Positions 1-11,376 of a DNA stretch of 64,000 bases are shown one piece after another. The translations under genes were made by a program, and so were the position numbers. The DNA is from Acutalibacteraceae bacterium (GTDB lineage Bacteria > Bacillota > Clostridia > Oscillospirales > Acutalibacteraceae), in contig JBJEQB010000006.1 in the NCBI GenBank assembly GCA_051881535.1, positions 2,514 to 66,513 of the forward strand, given 5' to 3'. Under the pieces are notes generated by a model, which had not been told where the DNA came from, did no database searches, and saw only the letters and a program-made list of their open reading frames with translations. Positions within the stretch are counted from its first letter, which is position 1. Each line of letters begins with the position of its first letter.

Positions 1-621
1 TATGCAGCTCCCAACAAGTTCGGTGATACTCTTGTTGAGGATTACGAACTCCGTGAGTACCTTCTCGAGAAGCTTGCTCCCGCAGGCGTTCCCAAGGTTG
101 AGATTGAGCGCGACGCAAAGCGCGTTTATATCAACATTCACTGCGCGAAGCCCGGTATGGTTATCGGCAGACAGGGCGCAGAAATCGAAAAGCTCAAGAA
201 GCTCTGCGAAAAGAAGCTCGGCGGCAAAGAGGTTTCACTCAACATCGTTGAAATCAAGCAGCCCGACCTTAACGCTCAGCTTGTTGCTGAGAGCATTGCT
301 TCACAGCTTGAAAGAAGAATTTCCTATCGCCGCGCTCTCAAGCAGGCCATCGGCCGCGCTATGAAGCTTGGCGCAAAGGGTATCAAAACTCAGGTTTCAG
401 GCCGTCTGGGCGGCGCGGAAATCGCTCGCACAGAGAGCTATCACGAGGGAACAATCCCTCTTCAGACCATCAGAGCCGACATCGACTACGGCTTTGCAGA
501 AGCTAAAACAACCTACGGCCGTATCGGCGTAAAGGTTTGGCTTTACAGGGGCGAGGTTCTTCACGAAAGCAGAAGAACAAACTCCCGTCCCAGAAGACGC
601 AGAGAAGGAGGTAACCAATAA
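1..621 (+). CDS. rpsC: 30S ribosomal protein S3 (5' partial)
   Basis: Frame 1 is open from base 1 (YAAPNKFGD...[10 protein letters not shown]); contains [26 protein letters not shown]. Confidence 0.98.
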   Translation, partial: YAAPNKFGDTLVEDYELREYLLEKLAPAGVPKVEIERDAKRVYINIHCAKPGMVIGRQGAEIEKLKKLCEKKLGGKEVSLNIVEIKQPDLNAQLVAESIASQLERRISYRRALKQAIGRAMKLGAKGIKTQVSGRLGGAEIARTESYHEGTIPLQTIRADIDYGFAEAKTTYGRIGVKVWLYRGEVLHESRRTNSRPRRRREGGNQ

Positions 622-1046
622 TGCTTTTACCTAAGCGCGTTAAGTACCGCAGAGTACAGAGAGGCAGACTTAAGGGTAAGGCTACCAGAGGCAACAAGGT
701 CACTTACGGTGATTACGGTCTTGTAGCTCTTGAGCCCGCATGGATTACCTCTAATCAGATCGAGGCAGCCCGTGTTGCTATGACAAGATACATCAAGCGT
801 GGCGGTCAGGTCTGGATTAAGATTTTCCCCGACAAGCCCATCACAGAGAAGCCCGCTGAGACCCGCATGGGTTCCGGTAAAGGTTCTCCCGAATATTGGG
901 TTGCAGTTGTTAAGCCCGGCAGAGTTATGTTTGAGATTGCCGGTGTTGACAGAGAGCTTGCTGCTGAGGCTATGCGCCTTGCATCAAACAAGCTTCCTAT
1001 CAAATGTAAATTTGTTACTAAAGAAGAATTGGGTGGTGAGCAATAA
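621..1046 (+). CDS. rplP: 50S ribosomal protein L16
   Basis: [27 protein letters not shown]; operon order. Confidence 0.98.
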   Translation: MLLPKRVKYRRVQRGRLKGKATRGNKVTYGDYGLVALEPAWITSNQIEAARVAMTRYIKRGGQVWIKIFPDKPITEKPAETRMGSGKGSPEYWVAVVKPGRVMFEIAGVDRELAAEAMRLASNKLPIKCKFVTKEELGGEQ

Positions 1047-1249
1047 TGAAAGCCAGTGAAATCAGAAAACTTTCCGCCGGTGAGCTGGATGCTAAGCTGC
1101 TTGAGCTGAAGGATGAGCTGTTTAAACTGCGCTTCCAGCAAGCTGTTAACCAGCTCGACAACCCGATGCGAATCAGCGCCGTTAAGAAGGATATCGCTCG
1201 TATAAAAACGATACAGAGAGATATAGAGCTTCACGGCTCTAAGTCGTAA
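1046..1249 (+). CDS. rpmC: 50S ribosomal protein L29
   Basis: LFKLRFQ...QLDNPMRI...KKDIARIKT. Confidence 0.97.
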   Translation: MKASEIRKLSAGELDAKLLELKDELFKLRFQQAVNQLDNPMRISAVKKDIARIKTIQRDIELHGSKS

Positions 1250-1269
1250 GGAAAGGGAGGTTAAATGCA

Positions 1270-1527
1270 ATGAGCGAAAGAAACCTCAGGAAAACCCGCG
1301 TTGGTATCGTTACCAGCGATAAGATGGATAAGACCGTAGTTGTTTCCGTTAAGGACAGGGTCAAGCATCCTCTTTATAAGAAAATCGTTAACAACACATA
1401 CAAGCTTAAAGCGCACGATGAAAACAATGAGTGCGGCATGGGTGACCGTGTGCTTGTTATGGAAACCCGCCCCCTGTCAAAGGACAAGAGATGGCGTGTA
1501 GTAGAAATCATTGAAAAGGCTAAGTAA
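1270..1527 (+). CDS. rpsQ: 30S ribosomal protein S17
   Basis: [21 protein letters not shown]. Confidence 0.98.
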   Translation: MSERNLRKTRVGIVTSDKMDKTVVVSVKDRVKHPLYKKIVNNTYKLKAHDENNECGMGDRVLVMETRPLSKDKRWRVVEIIEKAK

Positions 1528-1556
1528 TTTGGCCCAAGTGTAAGGAGGAAAACACT

Positions 1557-1925
1557 GTGATACAGCAACAGAGTTACCTCAAGGTTGCCGACAACACCGG
1601 AGCTAAGGAGCTTATGTGCATCCGCGTTCTCGGTGGTTCAGGCAGGAGGTATGCCAATATTGGCGACGTCGTCGTTGCTTCTGTTAAAAAGGCAACACCC
1701 GGTGGCGTAGTTAAAAAAGGCGAAGTTGTAAAAGCGGTAGTAGTTCGCACCGCAAGCGGTCTTCGCCGTGACGACGGAACTTACATTCGCTTCGATGAGA
1801 ATGCAGCCGTCATCATTAAGGAAGACAAGAACCCCAAGGGCACCCGTATCTTTGGGCCTGTAGCCAGAGAGCTTCGTGAAAAGGATTACACCAAGATTCT
1901 TTCACTCGCTCCCGAAGTACTTTAA
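1557..1925 (+). CDS. rplN: 50S ribosomal protein L14
   Basis: GTG start after AAGGAGG; [22 protein letters not shown]. Confidence 0.98.
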   Translation: MIQQQSYLKVADNTGAKELMCIRVLGGSGRRYANIGDVVVASVKKATPGGVVKKGEVVKAVVVRTASGLRRDDGTYIRFDENAAVIIKEDKNPKGTRIFGPVARELREKDYTKILSLAPEVL

Positions 1926-1936
1926 TCGGAGGTGCG

Positions 1937-2266
1937 ATGATGAATAAGGTTCATGTTAAAAAGGGCGACGAAGTCGTCGTTATCAACGGTAAGTACAGAG
2001 GCAAGAGAGGCAAGGTTATGCAGGTCAGCCCCTCTGAAGGCAAGGTTATTGTTGAGGGCGTAAACATCGTAACAAAGCATGTTAAGCCCCGCAAGATGGG
2101 CGAGCCCGGCGGTCTTATCAAGGCTGAGAGCGCCCTCTATGCAGACAAGGTTCAGCTTATCTGCCCCAAATGCGGCAGACCCACAAGAACCGGTCACAAG
2201 ATAGATTCCAAAGGCAAGAAGGTCCGCACTTGCAAAAAGAGCGACTGCCTTGCAGAGTTTGAATAA
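1937..2266 (+). CDS. rplX: 50S ribosomal protein L24
   Basis: [25 protein letters not shown] motif; start at 1937 or 1940. Confidence 0.97.
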   Translation: MMNKVHVKKGDEVVVINGKYRGKRGKVMQVSPSEGKVIVEGVNIVTKHVKPRKMGEPGGLIKAESALYADKVQLICPKCGRPTRTGHKIDSKGKKVRTCKKSDCLAEFE

Positions 2267-2284
2267 TAAGGGAGGACATAACAA

Positions 2285-2827
2285 ATGGCTGCAAGATTAA
2301 AAGAAATGTATGTCAAAGATGTTGCACCTGCTCTTATGAAGAAGTTTGAATATAAGAGCGTTATGCAGATCCCGAAGCTCGAGAAGATTGTTATCAATGT
2401 CGGCTGCGGCGAGGCAAGAGACAATGCAAAGGTTCTTGACGCAGTTGTTTCAGACCTTAAACAGATTACAGGCCAGATGCCCGTTCTCTGCAAGGCGAAG
2501 AAATCCGTTGCTAACTTCAAGCTCCGTGAAGGCATGACCATCGGTGCAAAGGTCACTCTCAGAGGCGACAGAATGTATGAGTTCCTTGACAGGCTCTTCA
2601 ATCTCGCTCTCCCCAGAGTCCGTGACTTCAGAGGAATTAACCCCAACTCATTCGACGGCAGAGGAAACTACTCCATGGGTATCAAGGAGCAGCTCATCTT
2701 CCCCGAAATCGATTATGATAAGATTGACAAGGTAAGAGGTATGGACATCTGCTTTGTCACCACCGCAAATACCGACGAAGAAGCCCGCGAGCTGCTGACT
2801 CTTATGGGCGCTCCGTTCGCAAGATAA
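2285..2827 (+). CDS. rplE: 50S ribosomal protein L5
   Basis: [27 protein letters not shown]. Confidence 0.98.
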   Translation: MAARLKEMYVKDVAPALMKKFEYKSVMQIPKLEKIVINVGCGEARDNAKVLDAVVSDLKQITGQMPVLCKAKKSVANFKLREGMTIGAKVTLRGDRMYEFLDRLFNLALPRVRDFRGINPNSFDGRGNYSMGIKEQLIFPEIDYDKIDKVRGMDICFVTTANTDEEARELLTLMGAPFAR

Positions 2828-2839
2828 GGAGGGAATACC

Positions 2840-3025
2840 GTGGCAAAAACATCAATGAAAGTTAAGCAGGCACGCCCTGCAAAGTACTCCACCAGAGCGT
2901 ACAACAGATGTAAGATCTGCGGAAGACCCCATGCTTATCTTCGCAAGTACGGCGTTTGCCGTATCTGCTTCAGAGAGCTGGCTCACGCAGGTCAGATCCC
3001 CGGCGTTAAGAAAGCAAGTTGGTAA
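2840..3025 (+). CDS. rpsZ: 30S ribosomal protein S14, Zn-binding type Z
   Basis: 61 aa; CKICGR...CRIC zinc motif; GTG start. Confidence 0.96.
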   Translation: MAKTSMKVKQARPAKYSTRAYNRCKICGRPHAYLRKYGVCRICFRELAHAGQIPGVKKASW

Positions 3026-3053
3026 TTGAGCAATTGCAAAGGAGGTAAACAGT

Positions 3054-3452
3054 ATGCAAATTACTGATTCCATCGCTGATATGCTGACTCGTATCCGCAA
3101 TGCGAATGCGGCAAAGCATGACACAGTGAAAGTCCCCGCATCGAACATGAAGAAAGCGATTGCTCAGATTCTTGTTGATGAGGGATACATCAAAGGATAC
3201 AAGGTTGAGGACGACGGCAAGCAGGGCGTTATCGAAATCGCTCTCAAGTACGGTCCCAACAAATCTCAGGTTATCACCGGCCTTCGCAGAGTTTCAAAGC
3301 CCGGTCTGAGAATTTATACAAATTGTGAGGATATGCCCAAGGTTATGAAGGGCATCGGCATTGCCATCCTCTCAACTTCAAAAGGCGTTATGACTGACAA
3401 GGACGCACGCAAGGCCAATGTAGGCGGCGAAGTTCTTGCATTTATCTGGTAA
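3054..3452 (+). CDS. rpsH: 30S ribosomal protein S8
   Basis: [30 protein letters not shown]. Confidence 0.98.
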   Translation: MQITDSIADMLTRIRNANAAKHDTVKVPASNMKKAIAQILVDEGYIKGYKVEDDGKQGVIEIALKYGPNKSQVITGLRRVSKPGLRIYTNCEDMPKVMKGIGIAILSTSKGVMTDKDARKANVGGEVLAFIW

Positions 3453-3465
3453 GGAGGTGCCGTAA

Positions 3466-4011
3466 ATGTCACGAATAGGCAAGAAACCTATCGAAATCCC
3501 TGCGGGTGTTGATGTTCAGATTGACGGCAGCCTTATTACCGTTAAGGGTCCCAAGGGCACTCTTTCAAGAAATCTTCATCCCAATATGATCGTTGAAAAG
3601 GACGGCAACACAATTACTGTCAGCCGCCCCAATGACGATAAACTCAACAGATCGCTTCACGGTCTGACAAGAACGCTCATCAGCAATATGATAGTCGGTG
3701 TTAACGAAACCTTCAAGAAAGAGCTTGAAGTTAACGGCATCGGTTACCGTGCAGAGCTCAAGGGCAAGGATCTTCTTCTCAAGGTCGGCTATTCACACGA
3801 TGTTATCGTTGCAGCTGCCGACGGAATTACAATCGAAGTTCCCAACCCCAACAAAATCGTAATCTCAGGCCCCGACAAGCAGAAGGTCGGACAGTTTGCC
3901 GCAAATGTTCGTGAGAAGCGTCCTCCCGAGCCTTATAAGGGCAAGGGCATCAAGTATGCTGACGAACACATCCGCCGCAAGGAAGGCAAGGCCGGTAAGG
4001 GCGGCAAATAA
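3466..4011 (+). CDS. rplF: 50S ribosomal protein L6
   Basis: [21 protein letters not shown]. Confidence 0.98.
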   Translation: MSRIGKKPIEIPAGVDVQIDGSLITVKGPKGTLSRNLHPNMIVEKDGNTITVSRPNDDKLNRSLHGLTRTLISNMIVGVNETFKKELEVNGIGYRAELKGKDLLLKVGYSHDVIVAAADGITIEVPNPNKIVISGPDKQKVGQFAANVREKRPPEPYKGKGIKYADEHIRRKEGKAGKGGK

Positions 4012-4068
4012 GCAACCGCGCGGCTATAAAGCCGCAGGCTGCAAAGTCTTATTAAGGAGTGAAAAATT

Positions 4069-4428
4069 ATGGTTAACAGACCGGACAGCAATAAGGCCAG
4101 ACAGGCACGCCATACAAGAGTCCGTGCCAAGATTTCCGGCACAGCCGAGTGTCCTCGCCTTAATGTATTCCGCTCCCTCCAGAATATCTACGCTCAGTTA
4201 ATAGACGACGATAAGGGTGTTACCCTTGTGTCCGCATCAACTGTCGAGAAGGATTTCGAGGAATACGGTGGAAATAAGTCCGCTGCTCACAAAGTGGGCG
4301 AATTATTGGCAAAACGCGCCGCAGACAAGGGAATAACAGATGTTGTTTTTGACCGCGGCGGTTACATTTATCACGGCCGTGTTAAGGAACTGGCCGAAGG
4401 CGCCCGTGAGGGCGGCCTCAAGTTCTAA
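4069..4428 (+). CDS. rplR: 50S ribosomal protein L18
   Basis: [22 protein letters not shown]. Confidence 0.98.
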   Translation: MVNRPDSNKARQARHTRVRAKISGTAECPRLNVFRSLQNIYAQLIDDDKGVTLVSASTVEKDFEEYGGNKSAAHKVGELLAKRAADKGITDVVFDRGGYIYHGRVKELAEGAREGGLKF

Positions 4429-4445
4429 GAAGGGGAGGAATACTT

Positions 4446-4946
4446 TTGGCTAAAATTGATGCATCGGCATATGAGCTCACAGAGCGCGTAGTAGCCATTA
4501 ACCGTGTTTCCAAAACCGTAAAGGGCGGTCGTATCTTCAAGTTTGCGGCTATCGTTGTAGTCGGCGACGGAAACGGCATTATCGGTTTCGGACTTGGCAA
4601 ATCAGGCGAAGTTCCTGACGCTATCCGCAAGGGAATTGAGGACGCCAAGAAGAACCTCATGCAGGTTTCTCTTAAGGGAACAACAATCCCCCACGAGATC
4701 GTCGGCAAGTTCGGCGCAGGCGTTGTTCTGCTCAAGCCCGCAGCACCCGGTACCGGCGTTATCGCAGGCGGTCCGGTTCGTGCGGTTGTTGAAACAGTAG
4801 GTATCAAGGATATCCGTGCGAAGGCTCTTCGCTCAAACAATCCCTGCAATGTTGTAAGAGCTACGCTTGACGGACTTTCAAAGCTTCGCAATGTTGAAGA
4901 GGTTGCCGCCATCCGCGGCAAGTCTGCAAAAGAAATTTTAGGTTAA
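4446..4946 (+). CDS. rpsE: 30S ribosomal protein S5
   Basis: TTG start; [16 protein letters not shown]. Confidence 0.98.
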   Translation: MAKIDASAYELTERVVAINRVSKTVKGGRIFKFAAIVVVGDGNGIIGFGLGKSGEVPDAIRKGIEDAKKNLMQVSLKGTTIPHEIVGKFGAGVVLLKPAAPGTGVIAGGPVRAVVETVGIKDIRAKALRSNNPCNVVRATLDGLSKLRNVEEVAAIRGKSAKEILG

Positions 4947-4960
4947 GGAGGGCGGATTAA

Positions 4961-5158
4961 ATGGCAGATATTAAGGTAAAGCTTGTTAAAAGCCTTATTG
5001 GAAGCACCAAGCCTCAGATTGCAACCGCCCATGCACTTGGTCTTCATAAGATCGGCGATGTTTCGGTTCAGCCGGACAGCCCCGCAACTCAGGGCAAGGT
5101 AAGAAAGCTTTCTCACCTTATCGAAGTAACCGAAGCCGAGCAAGGAGGTGCAAACTAA
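4961..5158 (+). CDS. rpmD: 50S ribosomal protein L30
   Basis: VKLVKSLIG...ALGLHKIG; lies between rpsE and rplO. Confidence 0.93.
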   Translation: MADIKVKLVKSLIGSTKPQIATAHALGLHKIGDVSVQPDSPATQGKVRKLSHLIEVTEAEQGGAN

Positions 5159-5601
5159 TGAAGCTGCACGATCTCTCACCCGCTGCCGGCTCAACAAAAG
5201 AGCGCAAGCGCATCGGCCGCGGCCCCGCTTCGGGTCAGGGCAAAACTGCCGGTAAGGGTCACAAAGGTCAGAAGGCGCGTGCAGGCAGAGGTATGCGCGC
5301 AGGTTTTGAAGGCGGTCAGATGCCCCTTCAGAGACGAATCCCCAAGCGCGGATTCAACAACATCTTTGCAACAGAGATGGCAATAACAAACGTTGCTACT
5401 CTTGATAAGTATTTCGATGACGGCGCAACCGTCACCATCGACGCTCTTATTGAGAAAGGCATTATCAAAAAGACTTTGGACGGCGTTAAGATTTTGGGAC
5501 AAGGCGAATTAACGAAGAAGCTCACCGTTCAGGCAAATGCTTTTTCAGATAGCGCAAAATCAAAAATCGAAGCTGCCGGAGGAAAGGCAGAGGTGATTTA
5601 A
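5158..5601 (+). CDS. rplO: 50S ribosomal protein L15
   Basis: [23 protein letters not shown]. Confidence 0.98.
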   Translation: MKLHDLSPAAGSTKERKRIGRGPASGQGKTAGKGHKGQKARAGRGMRAGFEGGQMPLQRRIPKRGFNNIFATEMAITNVATLDKYFDDGATVTIDALIEKGIIKKTLDGVKILGQGELTKKLTVQANAFSDSAKSKIEAAGGKAEVI

Positions 5602-5602
5602 C

Positions 5603-6955
5603 GTGCTCCAAACTATTGTTAACGCATGGAAAATCGCCGACCTGAGAAAAAAGATGATTTTCACGGCTCTTATCGTGCTCATCTTCAGAATCGGTTCGGC
5701 AATCCCTGTTCCTTTCACCAACATCGGCGAGGCCGGTATTATTGCCGACCCCAACGCCGGAACATTTATGAACTACCTGAGCATGATGACCGGTGATGCG
5801 TTCAATTACGGAACGATTTTCGCAATGTCCATCACCCCTTACATCAACAGCTCGATTATTATGCAGCTGCTCGCAGTTGCTATCCCCGCCCTTGAAAGGC
5901 TTCAGAAGGAAGGCGAGGAAGGTCGCAAGAAGATTGCTTCCATCACCCGCTTCGTAACCATCGCTCTCGGCGTTCTCCAGAGCACGGCTTACTACTTCTA
6001 CCTTCGCAGCCAGGGCTACCTTGTAAAGGACGCTTCGGGCGCAAACTTCACCGGTTTCTACGGTGTTTTCCAGGCTCTCGTTATCATCCTTTGCTTCACA
6101 GCCGGTACAGCCCTTATTATGTGGCTCGGCGAAAGAATTAACGAAAAGGGTATCGGCAACGGTATTTCAATCATACTTTTCGCCGGTATCGTTTCAAGAA
6201 TTCCCACCCTTATTGCGACCCTGTTCGGCGAGTCAGGCTACTTCCAGAGAGGCGGTCCGTACTACTTCCTTTCTCCCTTCGTTGCAGTTATACTCATTCT
6301 GATGATTGCTTTCATCGTTTGGATGGATAACGCAGAGAGAAGAGTTCCCGTTCAGTATGCAAAGAGAGTTGTCGGCAGAAAGATGTACGGCGGTCAGAAC
6401 ACTCATATTCCCATCAAGGTTAATATGTCAGGCGTTATGCCCGTTATCTTCGCTTCGTCAATTCTTTCACTGCCCCCCACAATCGAGATGTTTGTTAAGT
6501 CAAAGATTGAGGCGGACAGCTTCTGGGATAAATTCTTCGGAATTTTCTCATCAACTCATTGGGTTTACGGAATTATCTATTTCGTATTAATCATTGCATT
6601 TGCTTATTTCTATTCAAGCATTCAGTACAACCCCATTGAAATGTCAAAGAATATCCGCGACAACGGCGGCTCAATTCCCGGCATCCGTCCCGGCGAGCCC
6701 ACCTCAAGATATATCGGCAAGATTATCAACAGAATTACGCTTCTCGGAGCTCTGCTTCTGAGCGTTGTTGCCCTCTTCCCGATTTTCTTCTCGCAGGTAA
6801 CAACCTTCTTCCTTGACAAGTGGAACGAAGGCGCGTCGATGAACATTTCACTCGGCGGTACGTCAATCATCATTCTTGTTGGTGTTGCTCTTGAAACCGT
6901 TAAACAGCTTGAGAGCCAGATGATGATGCGTCACTATAAGGGCTTCCTTGATTAA
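5603..6955 (+). CDS. secY: Preprotein translocase SecY
   Basis: ITPYINSSIIMQLL, GIGNGISIILF, PGIRPG, GGTSIII; multiple TM segments. Confidence 0.98.
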   Translation: MLQTIVNAWKIADLRKKMIFTALIVLIFRIGSAIPVPFTNIGEAGIIADPNAGTFMNYLSMMTGDAFNYGTIFAMSITPYINSSIIMQLLAVAIPALERLQKEGEEGRKKIASITRFVTIALGVLQSTAYYFYLRSQGYLVKDASGANFTGFYGVFQALVIILCFTAGTALIMWLGERINEKGIGNGISIILFAGIVSRIPTLIATLFGESGYFQRGGPYYFLSPFVAVILILMIAFIVWMDNAERRVPVQYAKRVVGRKMYGGQNTHIPIKVNMSGVMPVIFASSILSLPPTIEMFVKSKIEADSFWDKFFGIFSSTHWVYGIIYFVLIIAFAYFYSSIQYNPIEMSKNIRDNGGSIPGIRPGEPTSRYIGKIINRITLLGALLLSVVALFPIFFSQVTTFFLDKWNEGASMNISLGGTSIIILVGVALETVKQLESQMMMRHYKGFLD

Positions 6956-7002
6956 GCCCTGAGTAAATTCCGACGAATTTACCAATTTTACGGAGGATTA
7001 GC

Positions 7003-7752
7003 ATGATAGTGCTCAAAACAACCAGAGAACTCAGCCTTATGAAAGAGGCGTGCGTTATTTCTGCCCGAGCATTAAAGGCAGCGGGTGATGCGGTTGAGCC
7101 GGGGGTTACCACGGAGGAAATCAACCGTATTGCACATAACTTTATTGTTAAGCATGGAGCCGTGCCCACCTTTTTGGGCTACAACGGATATCCCGCTGCT
7201 TCATGCATTTCCATAAACGATGAGGTCATTCACGGCATTCCGAGCAAGAAGCGCGTTATCAAGGCGGGCGATATAGTCAGCATTGATGTCGGCGCGACCT
7301 TAAACGGCTATGTCGGCGATAATGCCGCCACTTTTGCAGCGGGCGATATTTCGCCCGAGGCGCAGCGGCTGTGCGATGTTACCCGCGAGAGCCTTTACGA
7401 AGGCATCAAAGCGGCTGTCGCAGGCGGCAGGATCGGCGATATAGGCTCAACAATCCAAAGGTATTGCGAGGAAAGAGGCTTTTCGGTGGTTCGTGAGTTT
7501 ACGGGCCACGGTGTCGGAAAGCAGATGCACGAGGACCCCAGCGTACCGAATTTCGGCACACCCGGTCGAGGTGTGCGCCTGCTCCCGGGCATGACCATTG
7601 CCATTGAGCCCATGATTAATCAGGGCGGCGCAGGCATCAGGCAGTTGCCTGACGGTTGGACTATTAAAACAAGGGACGGCTCTTTGGCTGCTCACTTCGA
7701 GCATACGGTGGCTATAACTTCAAACGGCCCCGTCATTCTCACTCAGATTTAA
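7003..7752 (+). CDS. map: Type I methionine aminopeptidase
   Basis: INDEVIHGIP, GHGVG, IAIEPM, AHFEHT. Confidence 0.97.
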   Translation: MIVLKTTRELSLMKEACVISARALKAAGDAVEPGVTTEEINRIAHNFIVKHGAVPTFLGYNGYPAASCISINDEVIHGIPSKKRVIKAGDIVSIDVGATLNGYVGDNAATFAAGDISPEAQRLCDVTRESLYEGIKAAVAGGRIGDIGSTIQRYCEERGFSVVREFTGHGVGKQMHEDPSVPNFGTPGRGVRLLPGMTIAIEPMINQGGAGIRQLPDGWTIKTRDGSLAAHFEHTVAITSNGPVILTQI

Positions 7753-7761
7753 GGTGAGGCT

Positions 7762-8016
7762 ATGCTTGAAAGAGGAACGGCAGTCAGATCGTCTGCGGGC
7801 AGAGACAAAGGAAAGCTGCTTGCGGTTGTGCAAGCGGAAAATGACCGGGTTCTCGTCTGCGACGGCAAGGAGCGCCCCATTGATAGACCAAAAAGCAAGA
7901 ATATTCGCCACATAGTAAGCGTCGGCGCTGCCGTCACGGAAGCCGAGCTTGCGTCAAACAGGGCGCTGAGAAAGGCGCTCAGGCGATTAAATGCAGAAAT
8001 TAACGGCAACACTTAG
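7762..8016 (+). CDS. KOW-domain (L14e-like) RNA-binding protein
   Basis: SSAGRDKGK...DGKERP...KSKNIRH; usual position between map and infA in Clostridia. Confidence 0.85.
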   Translation: MLERGTAVRSSAGRDKGKLLAVVQAENDRVLVCDGKERPIDRPKSKNIRHIVSVGAAVTEAELASNRALRKALRRLNAEINGNT

Positions 8017-8025
8017 GAGGTTATT

Positions 8026-8244
8026 ATGTCTAAGCAGGACATGATCGAGATTGAAGGTACGGTAGTTGAATCATTGCCCAACGCAACCTTCCAGGTTGAG
8101 TTGGAAAACGGACACAGAATATTGGCTCATATCTCGGGCAAGCTCAGGATGAATTACATCAAAATCCTGCCCGGTGATAAAGTGACGGTTGAAATGTCGC
8201 CATACGACCTCACTAAGGGCCGCATAACATGGCGTTCCAAGTAA
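8026..8244 (+). CDS. infA: Translation initiation factor IF-1
   Basis: [23 protein letters not shown]. Confidence 0.98.
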   Translation: MSKQDMIEIEGTVVESLPNATFQVELENGHRILAHISGKLRMNYIKILPGDKVTVEMSPYDLTKGRITWRSK

Positions 8245-8265
8245 GATCAAGGAGGGTATTCTAAT

Positions 8266-8379
8266 ATGAAAGTCAGACCTTCTGTCAAGAAAATTTGCGA
8301 AAAATGCAAAATAATCAAGCGCAAGGGAAAAGTAATGGTTATCTGTGAAAATCCCAAGCACAAGCAGCGTCAGGGTTAA
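8266..8379 (+). CDS. rpmJ: 50S ribosomal protein L36 (not in ORF track)
   Basis: Hand translation [37 protein letters not shown] (37 aa); RBS AAGGAGG. Confidence 0.98.
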   Translation: MKVRPSVKKICEKCKIIKRKGKVMVICENPKHKQRQG

Positions 8380-8420
8380 TCCCGGCGAAAACCAAGTTAA
8401 TTTGGAGGTGCAACTGACAA

Positions 8421-8789
8421 ATGGCGCGTATATCAGGTGTTGACCTGCCCAGAGATAAGAGAATTGAAATTGCTCTCACATACATCTATGGTATAGGTCG
8501 TAAGACTGCAAGCGACATTATTGCAGCAACCGGCGTAGATCCCGACCTTAGAGTTAAGGATATGACCGAGGACGATGTTTCAAAGCTTCGTGAATATATC
8601 GATCATAATCTCAAGGTAGAAGGCGATCTTCGCAGAGAAACCGCATTCGACATCAAGAGACTTATCGAAATCGGATGCTACCGTGGCGTTCGTCACCGTA
8701 AAGGTCTGCCCGTAAGAGGTCAGCGTTCAAAGACAAACGCCCGTACACGCAAGGGTCCCAAGAAGACCATTGCAAACAAGAAGAAGTAA
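8421..8789 (+). CDS. rpsM: 30S ribosomal protein S13
   Basis: [23 protein letters not shown]. Confidence 0.98.
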   Translation: MARISGVDLPRDKRIEIALTYIYGIGRKTASDIIAATGVDPDLRVKDMTEDDVSKLREYIDHNLKVEGDLRRETAFDIKRLIEIGCYRGVRHRKGLPVRGQRSKTNARTRKGPKKTIANKKK

Positions 8790-8805
8790 GTCAAGGAGGG
8801 ATATT

Positions 8806-9210
8806 ATGGCTAAAGCAGCATCTAAAAAGACAACAGGCACCCGCAGACGCCGTGAGCGCAAGAATATCGAGCGCGGCGCAGCCCATATCCAATCCACCTT
8901 TAACAACACTATCGTTACAATCACCGATACTCAGGGCAACGCAGTTTCATGGGCAAGCGCAGGTGAAATGGGCTTCAGAGGCTCAAAGAAATCAACTCCC
9001 TTCGCAGCTCAGACAGCGGCGGAGACAGCAGCTAAGGCAGCTATCGACCACGGCATGAAAACTGTTGAGGTTTATGTTAAGGGACCCGGTCAGGGTCGTG
9101 AAGCGGCAATCAGAGCTTTACAGACAGCAGGTCTGGAGGTCAGCATGATTAAGGATGTTACCCCCATTCCCCACAACGGATGCCGCCCGCCTAAGAGAAG
9201 GCGCGTGTAA
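8806..9210 (+). CDS. rpsK: 30S ribosomal protein S11
   Basis: Start reset to the ATG at 8806 behind AAGGAGGG; [19 protein letters not shown]. Confidence 0.98.
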   Translation: MAKAASKKTTGTRRRRERKNIERGAAHIQSTFNNTIVTITDTQGNAVSWASAGEMGFRGSKKSTPFAAQTAAETAAKAAIDHGMKTVEVYVKGPGQGREAAIRALQTAGLEVSMIKDVTPIPHNGCRPPKRRRV

Positions 9211-9238
9211 CCAGAATTTTTTGGAGGTGTAACACAAT

Positions 9239-9865
9239 ATGGCAAGATATACCGGTGCGGTATGCAAACTGTGCCGCCGTGAAGGCAAGAAGCTCTACCT
9301 CAAGGGTGAGCGCTGCTATACCGGCAAATGTGCAGTTGAGCGCAGAGCGTATGCTCCCGGCCAGCATGGCCAGAGCCGCAAGAAGGCAACTGAATACGGT
9401 CTTCAGCTTCGTGCAAAGCAGCAGGCAAAGCGTTACTACGGTATTCAGGAAAGCCAGTTCTATAAGTATTTCCTTATGGCTGAGCGCAAGCAGGGCGTAA
9501 CAGGTGAAAACCTGCTCCGTATCTGCGAGAGCAGGCTTGACAATGTTGTTTATCTTCTCGGCTGGGCTAACTCCAGAGCAGAAGCAAGACAGCTTGTTAC
9601 TCACGGCCATTACAAAGTAAACGGCAACAAGGTCAATATTCCTTCATATCTTATCAAGCCCGGCGACGAAATCGCCATCAAGGATAAGAGCAAGGAAAGC
9701 GACAAGATCAAGGCGACTGTTGAAGCAAATGCTTCCCGCCCTGTTCCCCAGTGGCTTGACCGCAACGCAGAGGCTCTCACAGCTAAGGTTCTTGCTCTGC
9801 CCACCCGTGAGCAGATTATGGTTCCCGTTGAAGAGCATCTTATCGTTGAGCTTTATTCTAAGTAA
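9239..9865 (+). CDS. rpsD: 30S ribosomal protein S4
   Basis: [32 protein letters not shown]. Confidence 0.98.
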   Translation: MARYTGAVCKLCRREGKKLYLKGERCYTGKCAVERRAYAPGQHGQSRKKATEYGLQLRAKQQAKRYYGIQESQFYKYFLMAERKQGVTGENLLRICESRLDNVVYLLGWANSRAEARQLVTHGHYKVNGNKVNIPSYLIKPGDEIAIKDKSKESDKIKATVEANASRPVPQWLDRNAEALTAKVLALPTREQIMVPVEEHLIVELYSK

Positions 9866-9988
9866 TGCCTGCCTGATTTGCCTGAAAAAGGCATTTCAGC
9901 GGCGTTCGCCCGCAGCTTTTGCAGGCGCAGCGTTTTTGAATGCATTTTGAGCAGGATTTTTCCTGCCTGTTTTAAAGGAGGGTTTTTA

Positions 9989-10939
9989 ATGATTGGTATC
10001 GAAAAGCCCAGAATTGATACTGCCGAAATTTCCGAGGACGGAAAATACGGAAGATTTGTTGTTGAGCCTCTTGAGAGAGGATACGGAACAACTTTGGGCA
10101 ACAGCCTTAGAAGAGTTCTTCTTTCGTCTCTTCCCGGCTACGCGATAACCTCCGTTAAGATTGACGGAATTCTGCATGAATTCAGCACCATCCCCGGAGT
10201 TAAAGAGGATGTTACCGAGATAGTTCTTAATCTCAAAAATGTAATCCTTAAAATTCACGGCGACGGTCCTAAGACAATCTACATTGACGCTAACGGCGAT
10301 GACGAAATCACTGCCGGCAGCATCAAAACCGATTCAGAGGTTGAAATTCTCAACCCCGAGCTTCACATCGCTACTCTCAATTCCGATGCGCATGTCAGCA
10401 TGGAGCTGACCTGCGATAAGGGCAGAGGCTATGTTTCCGCTGAGAGAAACAAGCAGATGATGCAGCCCATTATCGGTGTTATTGCAATCGATTCGATTTA
10501 TACACCCGTATTGAAGGTTAACTACACAGTCGAAAACACCCGTGTAGGTCAGATTACGGACTACGATAAGCTGACTCTCGAGGTGTGGACAAACGGAACC
10601 ATCAACGCTATGGAAGCCGTTTCTCTCGGTGCCAAGATCCTCAACGAGCACCTCAACCTCTTCGGAGACCTCTCAGGTGAGGCTTACGACACAGAGGTTA
10701 TGGTTGTTAAGAGTGACAACGGCAAAGAAAAAGTGCTGGAGATGACCATTGAGGAACTTGACCTTTCTGTTCGTTCCTTTAACTGCTTGAAGAGAGCGCA
10801 GATCAATACGGTTGAAGATCTGACCAACAGAACCGAGGAAGATATGATGAAAGTTCGTAACCTCGGCAGAAAATCCCTTGATGAGGTTGTTGCAAAGCTC
10901 AATTCGCTTGGCTTTGACCTTCGCAGGGATGAGGAATGA
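9989..10939 (+). CDS. rpoA: RNA polymerase alpha subunit
   Basis: Start reset to the ATG at 9989 behind AAAGGAGG; [26 protein letters not shown]. Confidence 0.98.
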   Translation: MIGIEKPRIDTAEISEDGKYGRFVVEPLERGYGTTLGNSLRRVLLSSLPGYAITSVKIDGILHEFSTIPGVKEDVTEIVLNLKNVILKIHGDGPKTIYIDANGDDEITAGSIKTDSEVEILNPELHIATLNSDAHVSMELTCDKGRGYVSAERNKQMMQPIIGVIAIDSIYTPVLKVNYTVENTRVGQITDYDKLTLEVWTNGTINAMEAVSLGAKILNEHLNLFGDLSGEAYDTEVMVVKSDNGKEKVLEMTIEELDLSVRSFNCLKRAQINTVEDLTNRTEEDMMKVRNLGRKSLDEVVAKLNSLGFDLRRDEE

Positions 10940-10969
10940 CCCATTAAACGGTAAAGGAGTGTGAACTTA

Positions 10970-11311
10970 ATGCCCGGTACCAGAAAGCTTGGCCGCACAA
11001 GCGATCATCGCAAGTCGATGCTCAGAGGCCTCGTAACTTATCTTTTGGAAAACGGCAGAATTGAAACCACCGTTACAAGGGCTCAGGAGGTTCGCGCAAT
11101 GGCTGAGAAAATGATCACCATTGCAAAGGACGATTCTCTCCACTCAAAGCGCAAAGTTTTGGCTTATGTCACAAAAGAGGATGTTGTCAAAAAGCTCTTT
11201 GATGAGATTGCCCCCAAATATAAGGATGTTAACGGCGGTTACTGCCGCATAATCAAGACCGGTCCCCGCAGAGGAGACGCAGCTGAGATGTGCATCATCG
11301 AGCTGGTCTGA
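10970..11311 (+). CDS. rplQ: 50S ribosomal protein L17
   Basis: [27 protein letters not shown]; ATG at 10970. Confidence 0.98.
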   Translation: MPGTRKLGRTSDHRKSMLRGLVTYLLENGRIETTVTRAQEVRAMAEKMITIAKDDSLHSKRKVLAYVTKEDVVKKLFDEIAPKYKDVNGGYCRIIKTGPRRGDAAEMCIIELV

Positions 11312-11330
11312 TTAAAAGCTTTATAAAATG

Positions 11331-11369
11331 AAAACACCCTGCTCGTTTTTGAGCAGGGTGCTTTTGTTT
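11331..11369. terminator. Intrinsic terminator of the ribosomal operon, probably bidirectional
   Basis: CACCCTGCTC / GAGCAGGGTG 10-bp stem, flanked by A4 and a T-rich tail, between convergent genes. Confidence 0.85.
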
Positions 11370-11376
11370 ATTCCGA

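Noticed and set aside
9878-9988. 37-aa N-terminal extension of RpoA in the ORF track
   Set aside because: The RBS AAAGGAGG precedes the ATG at 9989; the extension merely reads through the structured spacer.
2-11311. Many alternative-frame and antisense ORFs over ribosomal genes
   Set aside because: They are shadows of strongly codon-biased real genes, with no RBS or motifs.
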